From assembly GCA_022844165.1 (NCBI GenBank), contig JALHMH010000039.1, positions 1 through 40,418 on the forward strand: a stretch of DNA of 40,418 nucleotides. Reading direction: 5' to 3'. A model generated the notes under the pieces. The model was not told the DNA's origin, did not search any database, and saw nothing but the letters and a program-made list of their open reading frames with translations. A program made the position numbers and the translations under genes. Origin of the DNA: Lysobacterales bacterium. GTDB lineage: Bacteria > Pseudomonadota > Gammaproteobacteria > Xanthomonadales > SZUA-5. Of this stretch, positions 19,776 through 29,596 are shown piece after piece (within the stretch, counting starts at the first letter, position 1; each line of letters opens with the position of its first letter).

Positions 19776-21086
19776 TCACCGGGCGCCGGGACGCCCACTG
19801 TTCTGGCGAGGGCCACTGCGTTGCTGCGGGCGACCTTGGCCGCGCGGCGATTGGCTGGGGCGCGCGGCTGGGTGGCCTTGGCGCCCTGCTTCGCGGGGCG
19901 GGCGCTGCGAACGTTGCGGCTGGCGTACCTTTTGGGCTTCAGGTGCAATCCGTTCGGGCAAGCAGTATTCGCCCAGCGGCTCACGCTTGAGCGGCTGTTT
20001 GAGCAAGCGCTCAATGCCCTTCAGATGCGATTGGTCTTCGCGACCGACCAGCGAAATAGCGAGTCCAGATGCGCCTGCGCGACCTGTACGACCAATGCGA
20101 TGCACGTAGTCTTCCGGCACATTCGGTAAGTCAAAGTTGATGACCGCGGGCAGCTCTTTGATATCGATGCCGCGTGAGGCGATGTCGGTCGCCACCAGGA
20201 TCTGGATGGTGCCCGCCTTAAAGCCATCGAGTGCACGCGTGCGAGCATTCTGGCTCTTATTGCCATGCAATGCGGCCGAGCGTAATCCGTAAGAGTCGAG
20301 GAATCGCACGACCTTGTCGGCGCCATGTTTAGTGCGGCTGAAGACCAGCGTTTGCCGCGGCTCGGCGTGCAGCAAGTGCAGCAGCGCATCGCGTTTTCGC
20401 GCGTCATCCACCAGATGCACGCGGTGTTCGACTGTGACCGCCGTGCTATTGCGTGGACTGACGTCGACTTGCGCAGGCTGGTGCAACATCGACGCCGCCA
20501 AATCGCGAAGCTCCGGTGCGAAGGTGGCCGAGAACATCAGTGTCTGGCGTTGCCGCGGCAGTTTTCCGAGGATGCGTTTGATCGATGGCAAGAAGCCCAT
20601 GTCGAGCATACGATCGGCTTCATCGAGTACCAGATGGCGCACTGCCGACAGTGAGACGGCGTGTTGTTGCATCAGATCCAGAAGCCGGCCTGGCGTCGCG
20701 ATGAGTACATCGAGGCCCTTCGCAGCCGCAGCGATCTGCGGGCGCTCGCTGACGCCGCCGTAGATGGCGGCGCTGGACAGGCGTAATTCATCGCCATAGC
20801 GCTGCACGCTGGCGAGCACCTGCGCTGCGAGTTCTCGCGTTGGCACCAACACCAACACGCGCACATTTTTCGGCGCAGCCTTTTCGCCGCTCGCTTTAAG
20901 CAGATGCAGCAATGGCAGAGCAAAAGCCGCGGTTTTGCCGGTGCCGGTTTGCGCACTGGCCATCAGGTCGCGGCCTGCGAGCACATCGGGGATGGCTTTG
21001 ACCTGGATGGGAGTGGGTGTGGTGTAACCGGCAGCGGCCAGCGCGCGCAGCAGTTCCGGGCGGAGCCCGAGCGATTCGAAGTTCAT
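19776..21086 (-). CDS. rhlE: DEAD-box RNA helicase (RhlE-like)
   Basis: Q motif, AQTGTGKT, PTRELA, DEAD, SAT and HRIGRTGRAG motifs; Arg/Gln-rich tail. Confidence 0.9.
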   Translation of the reverse strand: MNFESLGLRPELLRALAAAGYTTPTPIQVKAIPDVLAGRDLMASAQTGTGKTAAFALPLLHLLKASGEKAAPKNVRVLVLVPTRELAAQVLASVQRYGDELRLSSAAIYGGVSERPQIAAAAKGLDVLIATPGRLLDLMQQHAVSLSAVRHLVLDEADRMLDMGFLPSIKRILGKLPRQRQTLMFSATFAPELRDLAASMLHQPAQVDVSPRNSTAVTVEHRVHLVDDARKRDALLHLLHAEPRQTLVFSRTKHGADKVVRFLDSYGLRSAALHGNKSQNARTRALDGFKAGTIQILVATDIASRGIDIKELPAVINFDLPNVPEDYVHRIGRTGRAGASGLAISLVGREDQSHLKGIERLLKQPLKREPLGEYCLPERIAPEAQKVRQPQRSQRPPREAGRQGHPAARPSQSPRGQGRPQQRSGPRQNSGRPGAR

Positions 21087-21314
21087 TTTTTTGCCTTGTC
21101 GGGAGAGTTGCGATCCCGATGCGTGCCAAGGCTGCGCGGATCGCTGATTTGTTAACTGAAATGCGGGGCACCACAGAGCGATGCGGAACGTACAGCAGTT
21201 GCGCCGACTTTGCGACCAAAGTGCGGTCGGCGCAGCGGCTGGCGTTCAGTCTTGGCTAGGCGAATCGCGCGGAGATAACGATACTGCGACTTCTCGTCCC
21301 TGCGGACTCGATTG

Positions 21315-22931
21315 ATGAAGCGCCTCGTCGTTTTCGGTTTTCTGGGCATTCAACTCGATGACGCCGGTGGTCCCGGGCGCTGGCAAAAGTGGCGTCCAAC
21401 GGTGGCACTGGGCATGCACGAAGATCTTGCCGTAGCGCGCATCGAATTGCTCGCCGACCGGCGCAAATCCGCCCGCCTCATCGGCACCATCATCGATGAT
21501 CTGCGCGCCGTTTCGCCGGATACTGAAGTGCGTGTGCACGATGTACATCTGCAAGATCCGTGGGACTTCGAGCAGGTCTATGCGTGCTTGTTCGACTTCG
21601 CACGACGCTATGCGTTCGATACCGATGAGGAGGAGTACGCGGTCCATATCACCACGGGCACGCACGTGGCACAGATCTGTTGGTTTCTTCTTGCCGAGGC
21701 ACGCTTTCTACCGGCGCGGCTGATCCAGACCTCGCCGCCGGCACAACAAAGGGCCGGTGGTGCCGGCAGTTACTCGCTGATCGATCTTGACTTGCAGCGC
21801 TACAATCAAATTGCGCAGCGGTTTTCGAACGTGCAGCACGAGACGACGCAGTTTTTGAAATCCGGGATTGCCACGCGCAGCGCGGACTTTAACCGGATGA
21901 TCGAGCAGATCGAACGTGTTGCCGGAAAGTCCAAGGCGCCAATGTTGTTGATGGGTCCAACAGGCGCGGGTAAAAGTCAATTGGCACGCAATGTGTTCGA
22001 ACTCAAGAAGCAGCGACAAAACTTGCGGGGTGCATTTGTCGAAGTCAATTGTGCAACGCTGCGAGGCGATGGTGCCGGCAGCGCGCTGTTTGGCCATGTG
22101 CGTGGTGCGTTCACTGGCGCGCAACACGAACGCGCAGGACTGTTGAAGTCTGCCGATGGCGGTCTGTTGTTCTTGGATGAAATCGGTGAGTTGGGGCCGG
22201 ATGAACAGGCGATGTTGTTGCGTGCGATCGAAGACAAGCGCTTCCCGCCGCTTGGAGGAGACAAAGAAGTCAGCAGCGACTTTCAACTGATCGCCGGCAC
22301 CAACCGCGATCTCGCTGCCGCCGTGCGCAATGGCGCTTTCCGTGACGACCTGTTTGCGCGTTTGAATCTCTGGACGTTCCAGTTGCCCGGGCTCAAAGAG
22401 CGCCGCGAAGACATCGAGCCGAATCTGGATTTCGAACTGAGTCGCTACGAGCGCAATTACGGCGAACGGGTGCGCTTCAACCGAGAGGCGCGCGCCCGCT
22501 TCCTGGCCTTCGCGACCAGCAGCGAAGCGATCTGGCCTGGCAACTTTCGCGATCTCGGCGCATCGGTGACGCGTATGGCGACGCTGGCCGATGCGGGACG
22601 CATCACAGTTGATGTGGTGGATCAGGAAGTCGATCGTCTGCGCCAATTCTGGCGTGGCGAGAAAATCGAATCGGGTGGGGCGCTCGCTTTGTTGAGCGCC
22701 GAGGCACTGGCCGCGATCGATCATTTCGACCGGCCACAGCTGGCCTATGTCATCGACGTATGTCGGCGTAGTACGAGCCTGAGCGATGCCGGACGCTACT
22801 TGTTCCAGTCCAGCCGCTTAGCGCGCAGCAGCACCAACGATGGCGATCGTTTGCGCAAATATCTGGCGCGATTCGGCCTGAGTTTCGATGGGTTGCGCGA
22901 CGACCGCCTTGGCGGGCGACCCGCGGGATAA
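21315..22931 (+). CDS. rtcR: Sigma54-dependent RNA repair transcriptional activator RtcR (CARF + AAA+)
   Basis: RtcR-type CARF motifs RW.KWRPTV, DPWDFE.VY and HITTGTHVAQIC; Walker A GPTGAGKS; GAFTGA; LFLDEIG; C-terminal LF..SR....NDGDRLRKYLARFGL. Confidence 0.95.
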   Translation: MKRLVVFGFLGIQLDDAGGPGRWQKWRPTVALGMHEDLAVARIELLADRRKSARLIGTIIDDLRAVSPDTEVRVHDVHLQDPWDFEQVYACLFDFARRYAFDTDEEEYAVHITTGTHVAQICWFLLAEARFLPARLIQTSPPAQQRAGGAGSYSLIDLDLQRYNQIAQRFSNVQHETTQFLKSGIATRSADFNRMIEQIERVAGKSKAPMLLMGPTGAGKSQLARNVFELKKQRQNLRGAFVEVNCATLRGDGAGSALFGHVRGAFTGAQHERAGLLKSADGGLLFLDEIGELGPDEQAMLLRAIEDKRFPPLGGDKEVSSDFQLIAGTNRDLAAAVRNGAFRDDLFARLNLWTFQLPGLKERREDIEPNLDFELSRYERNYGERVRFNREARARFLAFATSSEAIWPGNFRDLGASVTRMATLADAGRITVDVVDQEVDRLRQFWRGEKIESGGALALLSAEALAAIDHFDRPQLAYVIDVCRRSTSLSDAGRYLFQSSRLARSSTNDGDRLRKYLARFGLSFDGLRDDRLGGRPAG

Positions 22932-22950
22932 ACCGCGGGCCCTATTTCCG

Positions 22951-23724
22951 TTACCAACGCGGATCTGGCACAAAACCGGGAAAAGCCTGTGGCGAGTTAC
23001 GCTGTGCATAACCGCGATACGGTGGTGGCAGAATGCCGGCCGCAATCAGATTGCGACGCGAATCGTAGTACACGGTGCGCACTTCGTCGGGCACGTGGCT
23101 GGCGCGCACAAACTGCGTTGTGCGTGCCTGACTCCACTCTCGCTCGCCGTGCCCGGTGCCGAGCAGTGCACTGCCAAGGCCTTTCCCATATGCGTCGGCT
23201 GCACCGGGCGCCTGCGCGCTGGGCGCCGGGGCTGAGTTGCGGCTGTGCTCGCGCTCGCGCTTGGCAATCCATTGATCGTCTTCAAAATATCGACGGCGTT
23301 CTTGAAAGACGGCGACACCGATCACACCGACATCGTTCGGTCGGCCGGTGCGCGCTGCGTAACTCTCGGGCAGCGGCGCGAAATTGAACGCGGCGATCTC
23401 GCGCATGTTCTTACGCCAGCCGTTCACGACCATCGACTGCCACGGGCCCAACACATAACCCGATTGCCCCGGATTGGCCGTTTGTCCGGTCACGACGTTC
23501 ACGCCATCGACCGACAGTACCGCCAGCACACGTTCGCCACTCCGATTGGTCAAACGGATGCCGTAGCGATGGCCGGGTTCGCCAACCGCGAAATCCTGCC
23601 CCTGATGATTCACCATCGGCACATCGCTACCGAGCGTTCGGTCTTCCAAACGAACGTCCACCTGCGCGAACAAGGCCGGTGCCGCACACATCAAGGCCAC
23701 CACCAGCATGCTCTTGCCTTTCAT
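22951..23724 (-). CDS. Conserved hypothetical secreted protein
   Basis: SD AGGAG, signal peptide (ALFA); motifs SVDGVNVVTG, SYAARTGRPNDVGVIGVAVF and LGTGHGERE look family-like, but no function can be assigned. Confidence 0.75.
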   Translation of the reverse strand: MKGKSMLVVALMCAAPALFAQVDVRLEDRTLGSDVPMVNHQGQDFAVGEPGHRYGIRLTNRSGERVLAVLSVDGVNVVTGQTANPGQSGYVLGPWQSMVVNGWRKNMREIAAFNFAPLPESYAARTGRPNDVGVIGVAVFQERRRYFEDDQWIAKREREHSRNSAPAPSAQAPGAADAYGKGLGSALLGTGHGEREWSQARTTQFVRASHVPDEVRTVYYDSRRNLIAAGILPPPYRGYAQRNSPQAFPGFVPDPRW

Positions 23725-23844
23725 AACCTGCTCCTTTGGGTTGGCTCAAGCATTAAAACGGTCGTGAGCGCACAGTGGGGTTAAGGGTTGCGGGCGGTGC
23801 GTTGCTGCTAGAGTTCCGACGTCCAGGAAACGCCAGAGGTCGAC

Positions 23845-24729
23845 TTGACCACAACGTTAAGCGAATCCGCCCTGCCGGGCCTGCCGCTGGTGCACCGCGG
23901 CAAGGTGCGCGATGTGTATGCGTTGCCAAATCAGCGCCTGCTGCTGGTCGCGACAGACCGGCTCAGCGCCTTCGATGTCATCCTGCCCGACCCGATCCCC
24001 GGGAAGGGAGAATTGCTCACTCAAATGTCGAACTTCTGGTTCGACAAGACGGCACATTTGTGTGCCAACCACCTGACCGGCATCAACCCGGTGAGTGTGC
24101 TGCCCAAACCCGTGGACCCGTCTGCGTTCATCCATCGCAGCGTGGTTGCGATGCGCCTGAAACCTGTGCCGATCGAGGCCATCGCGCGTGGCTATTTAAT
24201 CGGCTCGGGTCTGAAGGAATACCAAGCCAAAGGCAGCGTCAGCGGCATTGTGCTGCCGGCCGGTTTGCCGCTCGCCGCAGAGCTGCCTGAGCCGATCTTC
24301 ACGCCTTCCACCAAGGCGGCGGTTGGCGATCACGACGAGAACATCAGTTTCGATCGTGTGGTCGCCATGATCGGTGGCGATCTGGCAGAACAGGTTCGTT
24401 CGGCGACACTTGCGATGTATCGGTTCGCGCGCGCGTACGCGGCGCAACGTGGCATCCTGATTGCCGACACCAAGTTCGAGTTTGGCCTTGACGAAAACGG
24501 TGTGCTGCGCGTTATGGATGAAATGCTGACGCCAGATTCGTCTCGGTTCTGGGAACAGGCTGGTTGGCAGCCAGGGCGCAATCCGCCCTCATTCGACAAA
24601 CAATTCGTGCGCGATTACCTCGAGTCCCTCGATTGGGATAAACGGCCGCCAGCGCCGCATCTGCCTGCAACAGTCATCGACGGCACGCGTGAGCGCTATG
24701 CGCAAGCCTTGCGGAGGTTGACCGCATGA
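23845..24729 (+). CDS. purC: Phosphoribosylaminoimidazole-succinocarboxamide (SAICAR) synthase
   Basis: [35 protein letters not shown] and DKQFVRD motifs. TTG start with GAGG upstream. Confidence 0.96.
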   Translation: MTTTLSESALPGLPLVHRGKVRDVYALPNQRLLLVATDRLSAFDVILPDPIPGKGELLTQMSNFWFDKTAHLCANHLTGINPVSVLPKPVDPSAFIHRSVVAMRLKPVPIEAIARGYLIGSGLKEYQAKGSVSGIVLPAGLPLAAELPEPIFTPSTKAAVGDHDENISFDRVVAMIGGDLAEQVRSATLAMYRFARAYAAQRGILIADTKFEFGLDENGVLRVMDEMLTPDSSRFWEQAGWQPGRNPPSFDKQFVRDYLESLDWDKRPPAPHLPATVIDGTRERYAQALRRLTA

Positions 24730-25733
24730 GCCTGACGCCGGAGCGGTTCGCTGCGTTGAAGGCGTTTGCGGAAGCTCAGCTCGGTACTCTGGATCGCGAG
24801 CCTGTCAGTGCTTCGTCCGACGCCAGTTTCCGAAGTTATTGGCGCGTTTCGCACCATGGCCGTACTGCCGTCGTCATGAACGCGCCGCCGGACAAAGAGA
24901 ACACCCGCCCGTTTCTTGATGTGGCAAGACGATTGTCGGCCGCCGGTATTCGCGCACCGGACGTTCTCGGTAGCGACCAGGCTCGCGGATTCCTTTTGCT
25001 CGAAGATTTTGGATCGGCAATACTTTTGCCCGCGCTGAGCGACGCCACCGTCGAGGAGCACTACAGCCGTGCGCTCGATACCTTGTTGAGAATGCAGCTT
25101 GGCGCGAGCGTTGAGGCACTGCCGAACTACGACAGCCGCCGCTTGATCGAAGAAATGCAGCTGTTCGAGACCTGGTTCTTGCGCCGCCATCTGGGGCTTG
25201 AGTTGAGCTGCGACGACAGCGATCGCATCGAGGCTTGTATGGCATCTCTGGTGGGCAGTGCCCTCGAACAACCGCAGACTTTTGTGCATCGCGATTACCA
25301 TTCACGCAATCTGATGCTGCTCGAAAACGATTTGGGCGTTATTGACTTTCAGGATGCGTTGTGTGGGCCGATCACTTACGATCTGGTGTCGTTGCTGAAA
25401 GACTGCTACATCCAGTGGCCCCTGGCGCGCGTCTATGCGTGGGCCGACGATTATCGACAGCGTGCGGCAGCCGCAGGGTTGGTGAGTGTCGGCCAGACAC
25501 GCTGGCGGCGCTGGTTCGACTGGATGGGTTTGCAGCGCCATCTGAAAGTGCTCGGCATTTTTTGCCGGTTGTATTACCGCGACGGCAAAGCTGGATATCT
25601 GAACGATTTGCCTCTTGTGCTCGACTACACGCTGGCGGTTTGCGAACGTTACGGAGAATTGGCGGGATTTGGCCAGTGGTTGGAGAGCCGCTGCGCACCA
25701 GCGCAAAGTCGCCTCGCGCAACCGAATAGATAG
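24726..25733 (+). CDS. amgK: N-acetylmuramate/GlcNAc kinase AmgK-like (aminoglycoside phosphotransferase fold)
   Basis: [34 protein letters not shown] and [18 protein letters not shown] motifs. ATGA overlap with purC. Confidence 0.85.
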   Translation: MSLTPERFAALKAFAEAQLGTLDREPVSASSDASFRSYWRVSHHGRTAVVMNAPPDKENTRPFLDVARRLSAAGIRAPDVLGSDQARGFLLLEDFGSAILLPALSDATVEEHYSRALDTLLRMQLGASVEALPNYDSRRLIEEMQLFETWFLRRHLGLELSCDDSDRIEACMASLVGSALEQPQTFVHRDYHSRNLMLLENDLGVIDFQDALCGPITYDLVSLLKDCYIQWPLARVYAWADDYRQRAAAAGLVSVGQTRWRRWFDWMGLQRHLKVLGIFCRLYYRDGKAGYLNDLPLVLDYTLAVCERYGELAGFGQWLESRCAPAQSRLAQPNR

Positions 25734-25741
25734 CAAGGCAC

Positions 25742-25904
25742 TGAGGACGGGCTTTCCGCTTTCGGTTGCTTCGAAGACCGCAACGCCGGGATCGAGCGTT
25801 GGACTGGCGATGTTGTTGCCCATTGGCGCATTTCCGGCCCGGCGGAACAGCCGCCGGTCGTTCGGCTCGGCACACGCCTCGCGGCGTGTAAGCGCCGATC
25901 CTCA
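25742..25904. ncRNA. Putative structured non-coding RNA (unassigned family)
   Basis: Ends pair (TGAGGACGGGCTT with AAGCGCCGATCCTCA) and enclose four internal hairpins; lies between the convergent amgK and mfd genes. Confidence 0.5.
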
Positions 25905-25995
25905 CCCCCCCCTTCTTCTCAGGGGGCTTCAACAGCCAAAGCCGCTCCGACGAAAATTTGACTCAAAATGAGAATATCCGGCTCCGTCAAGGACC

Positions 25996-28900
25996 CTAAC
26001 CCACCAGCGCCTGCAAAATTTCGCTGGCCACTTTCAGGCGTTCGTCGAAGCTGCCCATCTCGCGCTTGAGCTTGAGTTTGTCCTGGCCTTCAAAGCTGTA
26101 GCGTTTGGGTTCGCGCTGCACCAATCGGATTAACGAGGCGGGATCGATTTTCGGTTTGGCGCCGAACAGAATGCGGCCGCCCTGTGCGCCCATTTCGACG
26201 CGTTTGAGTCCCAGAGTTTGTGCGCGTTGTTTCAGGCGGGCCACCTGGAACAGGTTTTTTGCCGGTTCGGGTAACAAGCCGAATCGATCGATCATCTCGA
26301 CTTGAATGTCTTCGAGCGCAGCCGGCGATTTTGCGCCACTGATGCGCTTGTAGAGCACCAGGCGGGCATGCACATCCGGCAAATAGTCGTCCGGGATCAG
26401 CGCTGGGAAGCCGAGTTCGATCTCTGTTCCGCGGGATGCGATATCGAGAGGATCGTCTGGGATGCGGCCCTCCTTGAGCGCGCGCACGGCCCGTTCCAGC
26501 ATCTCGGTGTAGAGCGTAAACCCGACCGATTCGATTTCGCCGGATTGGCCCTCGCCCAACAACTCGCCGGCGCCGCGAATTTCCAGGTCGTGGGTCGACA
26601 GCGTGAAGCCGGCGCCCAATTCTTCGAGCGAACTGATTGCATCGAGGCGCTTTTGCGCATCGGCCGTGATTTGCTTCTTCGGCGGCACAACAAGGTAGGC
26701 GAAGGCGCGATGGTGCGAACGGCCGACACGGCCGCGCAGCTGATGCAATTGCGACAGGCCGAAGCGATCGGCGCGATTGATGATGATGGTATTGGCGCTC
26801 GGCACGTCGATGCCGCTTTCGATGATCGTGGTGCAGACCAGCACGTTGTAGCGCTGCCGGTAAAAATCGAGCATCGCGACTTCCAATTCGCGTTCGGCCA
26901 TTTGTCCGTGCGCGATGCGCATGCGCGCTTGCGGGATCAGCTCTCCCAATTCGCGCGCGGTTTTTTCGATGGTGTCGACTTCGTTGTGCAGGAAATAGAC
27001 TTGCCCGCCGCGTCCGAGCTCGCGCTCGAAGGCTTCGCGTAGCAACTGCGGATCCCACTGCACAACGAAAGTCTTCACCGCCAGCCGATGTTCCGGGGGC
27101 GTCGCGATGATCGACAAATCGCGCAGCCCGGTCAGCGCCATGTTCAAGGTGCGCGGGATCGGCGTTGCCGTCAACGTCAGCAGATCGACTTCGGCGCGCA
27201 GCTTCTTGAGCTGCTCCTTCTGGCGCACGCCAAAGCGCTGTTCCTCATCGACGATCACCAATCCCAGGTGTTTGAAACGCACATCGTCCTGAATCAATCG
27301 ATGCGTGCCGACCATCACATCGACGCGACCGGCTTCCAGCTCCGCTAACGCCGCCTTGATCTCTTTTGGGGATTTGAATCGGCTTAACACCTCAACGCGG
27401 ATCGGCCAGTCGGCAAAGCGATCGGCGAAGTTGCGATAGTGTTGTTCTGCGAGCAAAGTCGTAGGTACCAACACCGCAACCTGTCGTCCTGACTGTGCGG
27501 CCACAAAAGCAGCGCGCAAAGCGACTTCGGTTTTGCCGAAACCCACGTCGCCGCAGACCACTCGATCCATCGGTTCAGGCTTGACCAGATCGGCCAGCAC
27601 GGCTTCGATGGCGTTCAGCTGATCGGGCGTTTCCTCGAATGGGAACCCGGCGGCGAATTGCTCATACAAGGGTCGATCGATGCTGATCGGTTCGGCGATG
27701 CGCGCGCGGCGCTTGGCGTACAGTTCCAACAGTTCAGCGGCCACGTCGCGAACCTTCTCGGCGGCCTTCTTCTTCGCTTTCTCCCAGGCATCCGAGCCGA
27801 GCGCGTGCAACGGCGCGCTTTCGGGCGCGCCGCCAGTGTAGCGACTGATCAAATCCAGCGCTGACACGGGCACGTAGAGTTTGTCGCCGCCGGCATATTC
27901 GATGCTCAAAAACTCGCCAGGGGCGCCACCGATATCGAGCGTGAGCAGTCCCTGATAGCGACCGACGCCATGATCGATATGCACTACGGGTGCGCCGGTG
28001 GCCAACTCGCCGAGATCGCGAATGATCGATTCTGGATCGCGCTCGGCTTTGCGCCGCCGCCGTTCCTGGCGCGCGCGTTCGCCATACAGCTGGCGCTCTG
28101 TGAGTACACACAACGGTGGGTCGCTGATCGCAAAACCATCCGAGAGCGGTGCGACAGTGATCGCCCAACGTGTGTCGCTGGCCATGAATGCCGCGAAATT
28201 CTCGACGGTCGCCGGCCGCAGATCGATCCCGCCGAGCAGATCCAGCAGCGCTTCGCGGCGCCCGGCAGAATCGGCGGCCAGCAGTACACGACCCGGATAC
28301 GCGCGCAGGAACTGCTTGAGCTCGGCGCCTGTGTCCTCGCTCTTGCGCGCCAATGGCAGCGAAGGCGCGGGCAGTGCACCCGGGTCGCTCGCTTCGCTAT
28401 GTGCGGCGATCAACACACGTTCGCGATTGTTCAGCAGCGCGCGTAAATCATCCGGCGGCAGGTACAACTCTTCCGGCGGCAGGATTGGCCGTTCCAGATC
28501 GTGTTGGCGCTGCCGGTAACGTTCGCCGGTGGCGGCGAAGAAGTGGCTGGCGGCCTCCAGCGACGCGTCTTCGATGATCAGCAACGCATCCTTGGGCAGG
28601 TAGTCGAACAGCGTCGCGGTGCCATCGAAAAACAGCGGCAGGTAGTACTCGATACCGGCCGGCGCGTTCCCGGATTTCAAGTCCTGATACAGCGCCGAGC
28701 GGCGCACATCCAGATCGAAGCGTTCGCGGATGGCCTCGCGCACGCGGCGCTGATCGTCTTCTTCGAATGGAAATTCGCGTGCGGGCAGCAGATCGATCTT
28801 GTCCACCGCGCCGGACGATCGTTGCGTTTCCGGATCGAAACGCCGCAGCGTATCGATTTCATCGTCCAACAGTTCGATGCGAAACGGCGTGGCCGACCCT

Positions 28901-29409
28901 GCGGGATAAAGATCGAGCAGACTGCCGCGAATCGTGAAGTCGCCAGGTTCCTGCACCTGTCCTACACGTCGGTAACCGGCGCGTTCCAGCCGCTCTGCCT
29001 CTCGGGCCAGATCGAAACGATCGCCACGCTTGAGCAGCAGCGCGCGATCGGCGATGAACCGAGTCGGCGGCAAACGCTGCAGCAGCGTTTGTACCGGCAC
29101 GACCAAAACACCGCGGGTGATCTGTGGCAAGCGGTACAGCGTGGCGATGCGTTGCGAGACGATATCTGGATGCGGTGCGAACAGATCGTACGGCAGTGTT
29201 TCCCAATCGGGAAAATGCAGTGGCTCTGCGCTACCGAGTGCCTTGAGATCGTCTTCAAGCGCATGGGCGCTCGCCGAATCTCTGCTGACGGCAACAATCA
29301 GCCGCTGGGTTTTCGCCAGTTCCGCAATCGCCAACGCATGCGCCGCCCCCGGCAGGGGTTTCCAACGACGCCATAACATTGGCGCTTTCGGGAGCGGAAG
29401 ATCGAGCAT
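25996..29409 (-). CDS. mfd: Transcription-repair coupling factor Mfd
   Basis: FPDWETLPYD, VVHIDHGVGRY (CarD/RID), GDVGFGKTE, DEEQRFG, TATPIPRT, QLRGRVGR and a C-terminal TRCF domain. Start is 29409 or 29445. Confidence 0.97.
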   Translation of the reverse strand: MLDLPLPKAPMLWRRWKPLPGAAHALAIAELAKTQRLIVAVSRDSASAHALEDDLKALGSAEPLHFPDWETLPYDLFAPHPDIVSQRIATLYRLPQITRGVLVVPVQTLLQRLPPTRFIADRALLLKRGDRFDLAREAERLERAGYRRVGQVQEPGDFTIRGSLLDLYPAGSATPFRIELLDDEIDTLRRFDPETQRSSGAVDKIDLLPAREFPFEEDDQRRVREAIRERFDLDVRRSALYQDLKSGNAPAGIEYYLPLFFDGTATLFDYLPKDALLIIEDASLEAASHFFAATGERYRQRQHDLERPILPPEELYLPPDDLRALLNNRERVLIAAHSEASDPGALPAPSLPLARKSEDTGAELKQFLRAYPGRVLLAADSAGRREALLDLLGGIDLRPATVENFAAFMASDTRWAITVAPLSDGFAISDPPLCVLTERQLYGERARQERRRRKAERDPESIIRDLGELATGAPVVHIDHGVGRYQGLLTLDIGGAPGEFLSIEYAGGDKLYVPVSALDLISRYTGGAPESAPLHALGSDAWEKAKKKAAEKVRDVAAELLELYAKRRARIAEPISIDRPLYEQFAAGFPFEETPDQLNAIEAVLADLVKPEPMDRVVCGDVGFGKTEVALRAAFVAAQSGRQVAVLVPTTLLAEQHYRNFADRFADWPIRVEVLSRFKSPKEIKAALAELEAGRVDVMVGTHRLIQDDVRFKHLGLVIVDEEQRFGVRQKEQLKKLRAEVDLLTLTATPIPRTLNMALTGLRDLSIIATPPEHRLAVKTFVVQWDPQLLREAFERELGRGGQVYFLHNEVDTIEKTARELGELIPQARMRIAHGQMAERELEVAMLDFYRQRYNVLVCTTIIESGIDVPSANTIIINRADRFGLSQLHQLRGRVGRSHHRAFAYLVVPPKKQITADAQKRLDAISSLEELGAGFTLSTHDLEIRGAGELLGEGQSGEIESVGFTLYTEMLERAVRALKEGRIPDDPLDIASRGTEIELGFPALIPDDYLPDVHARLVLYKRISGAKSPAALEDIQVEMIDRFGLLPEPAKNLFQVARLKQRAQTLGLKRVEMGAQGGRILFGAKPKIDPASLIRLVQREPKRYSFEGQDKLKLKREMGSFDERLKVASEILQALVG

Positions 29410-29596
29410 GCCAATGGCCGACGCGAGAGCAGGGGCGCGGAGCATAGCCTCAGTGCGAGAAAACCGACGATTCCTAAAGGCAATCGATCAGGAATGGGCC
29501 ACGTTGTCGAACACACGAAGTTGTCGCGACACATGGAAACTACCGAACGAGCTTCTTGCGTTCGCGGGAAATAGAGCTGACGGGACCATGACCCGA

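Noticed and set aside
23755-23785. ECF-like promoter (TAACC...CGTT) upstream of the 23724 gene
   Set aside because: The AAC-to-CGT spacing is 19 nt, longer than typical, and no ECF sigma gene is in the window; too weak to call.
25742-25904. Assignment of the structured element as 6S RNA, tRNA or a riboswitch
   Set aside because: It is multi-branched rather than a rod with a central bubble, has no T-loop or CCA, lacks the zapA/ygfA context of 6S, and is not 5' of any gene.
25372-25971. ORFs 25372..25932 (-) and 25615..25971 (+) across the amgK-mfd gap
   Set aside because: They overlap amgK, have Arg/Ala/Pro-rich shadow composition and no motifs.
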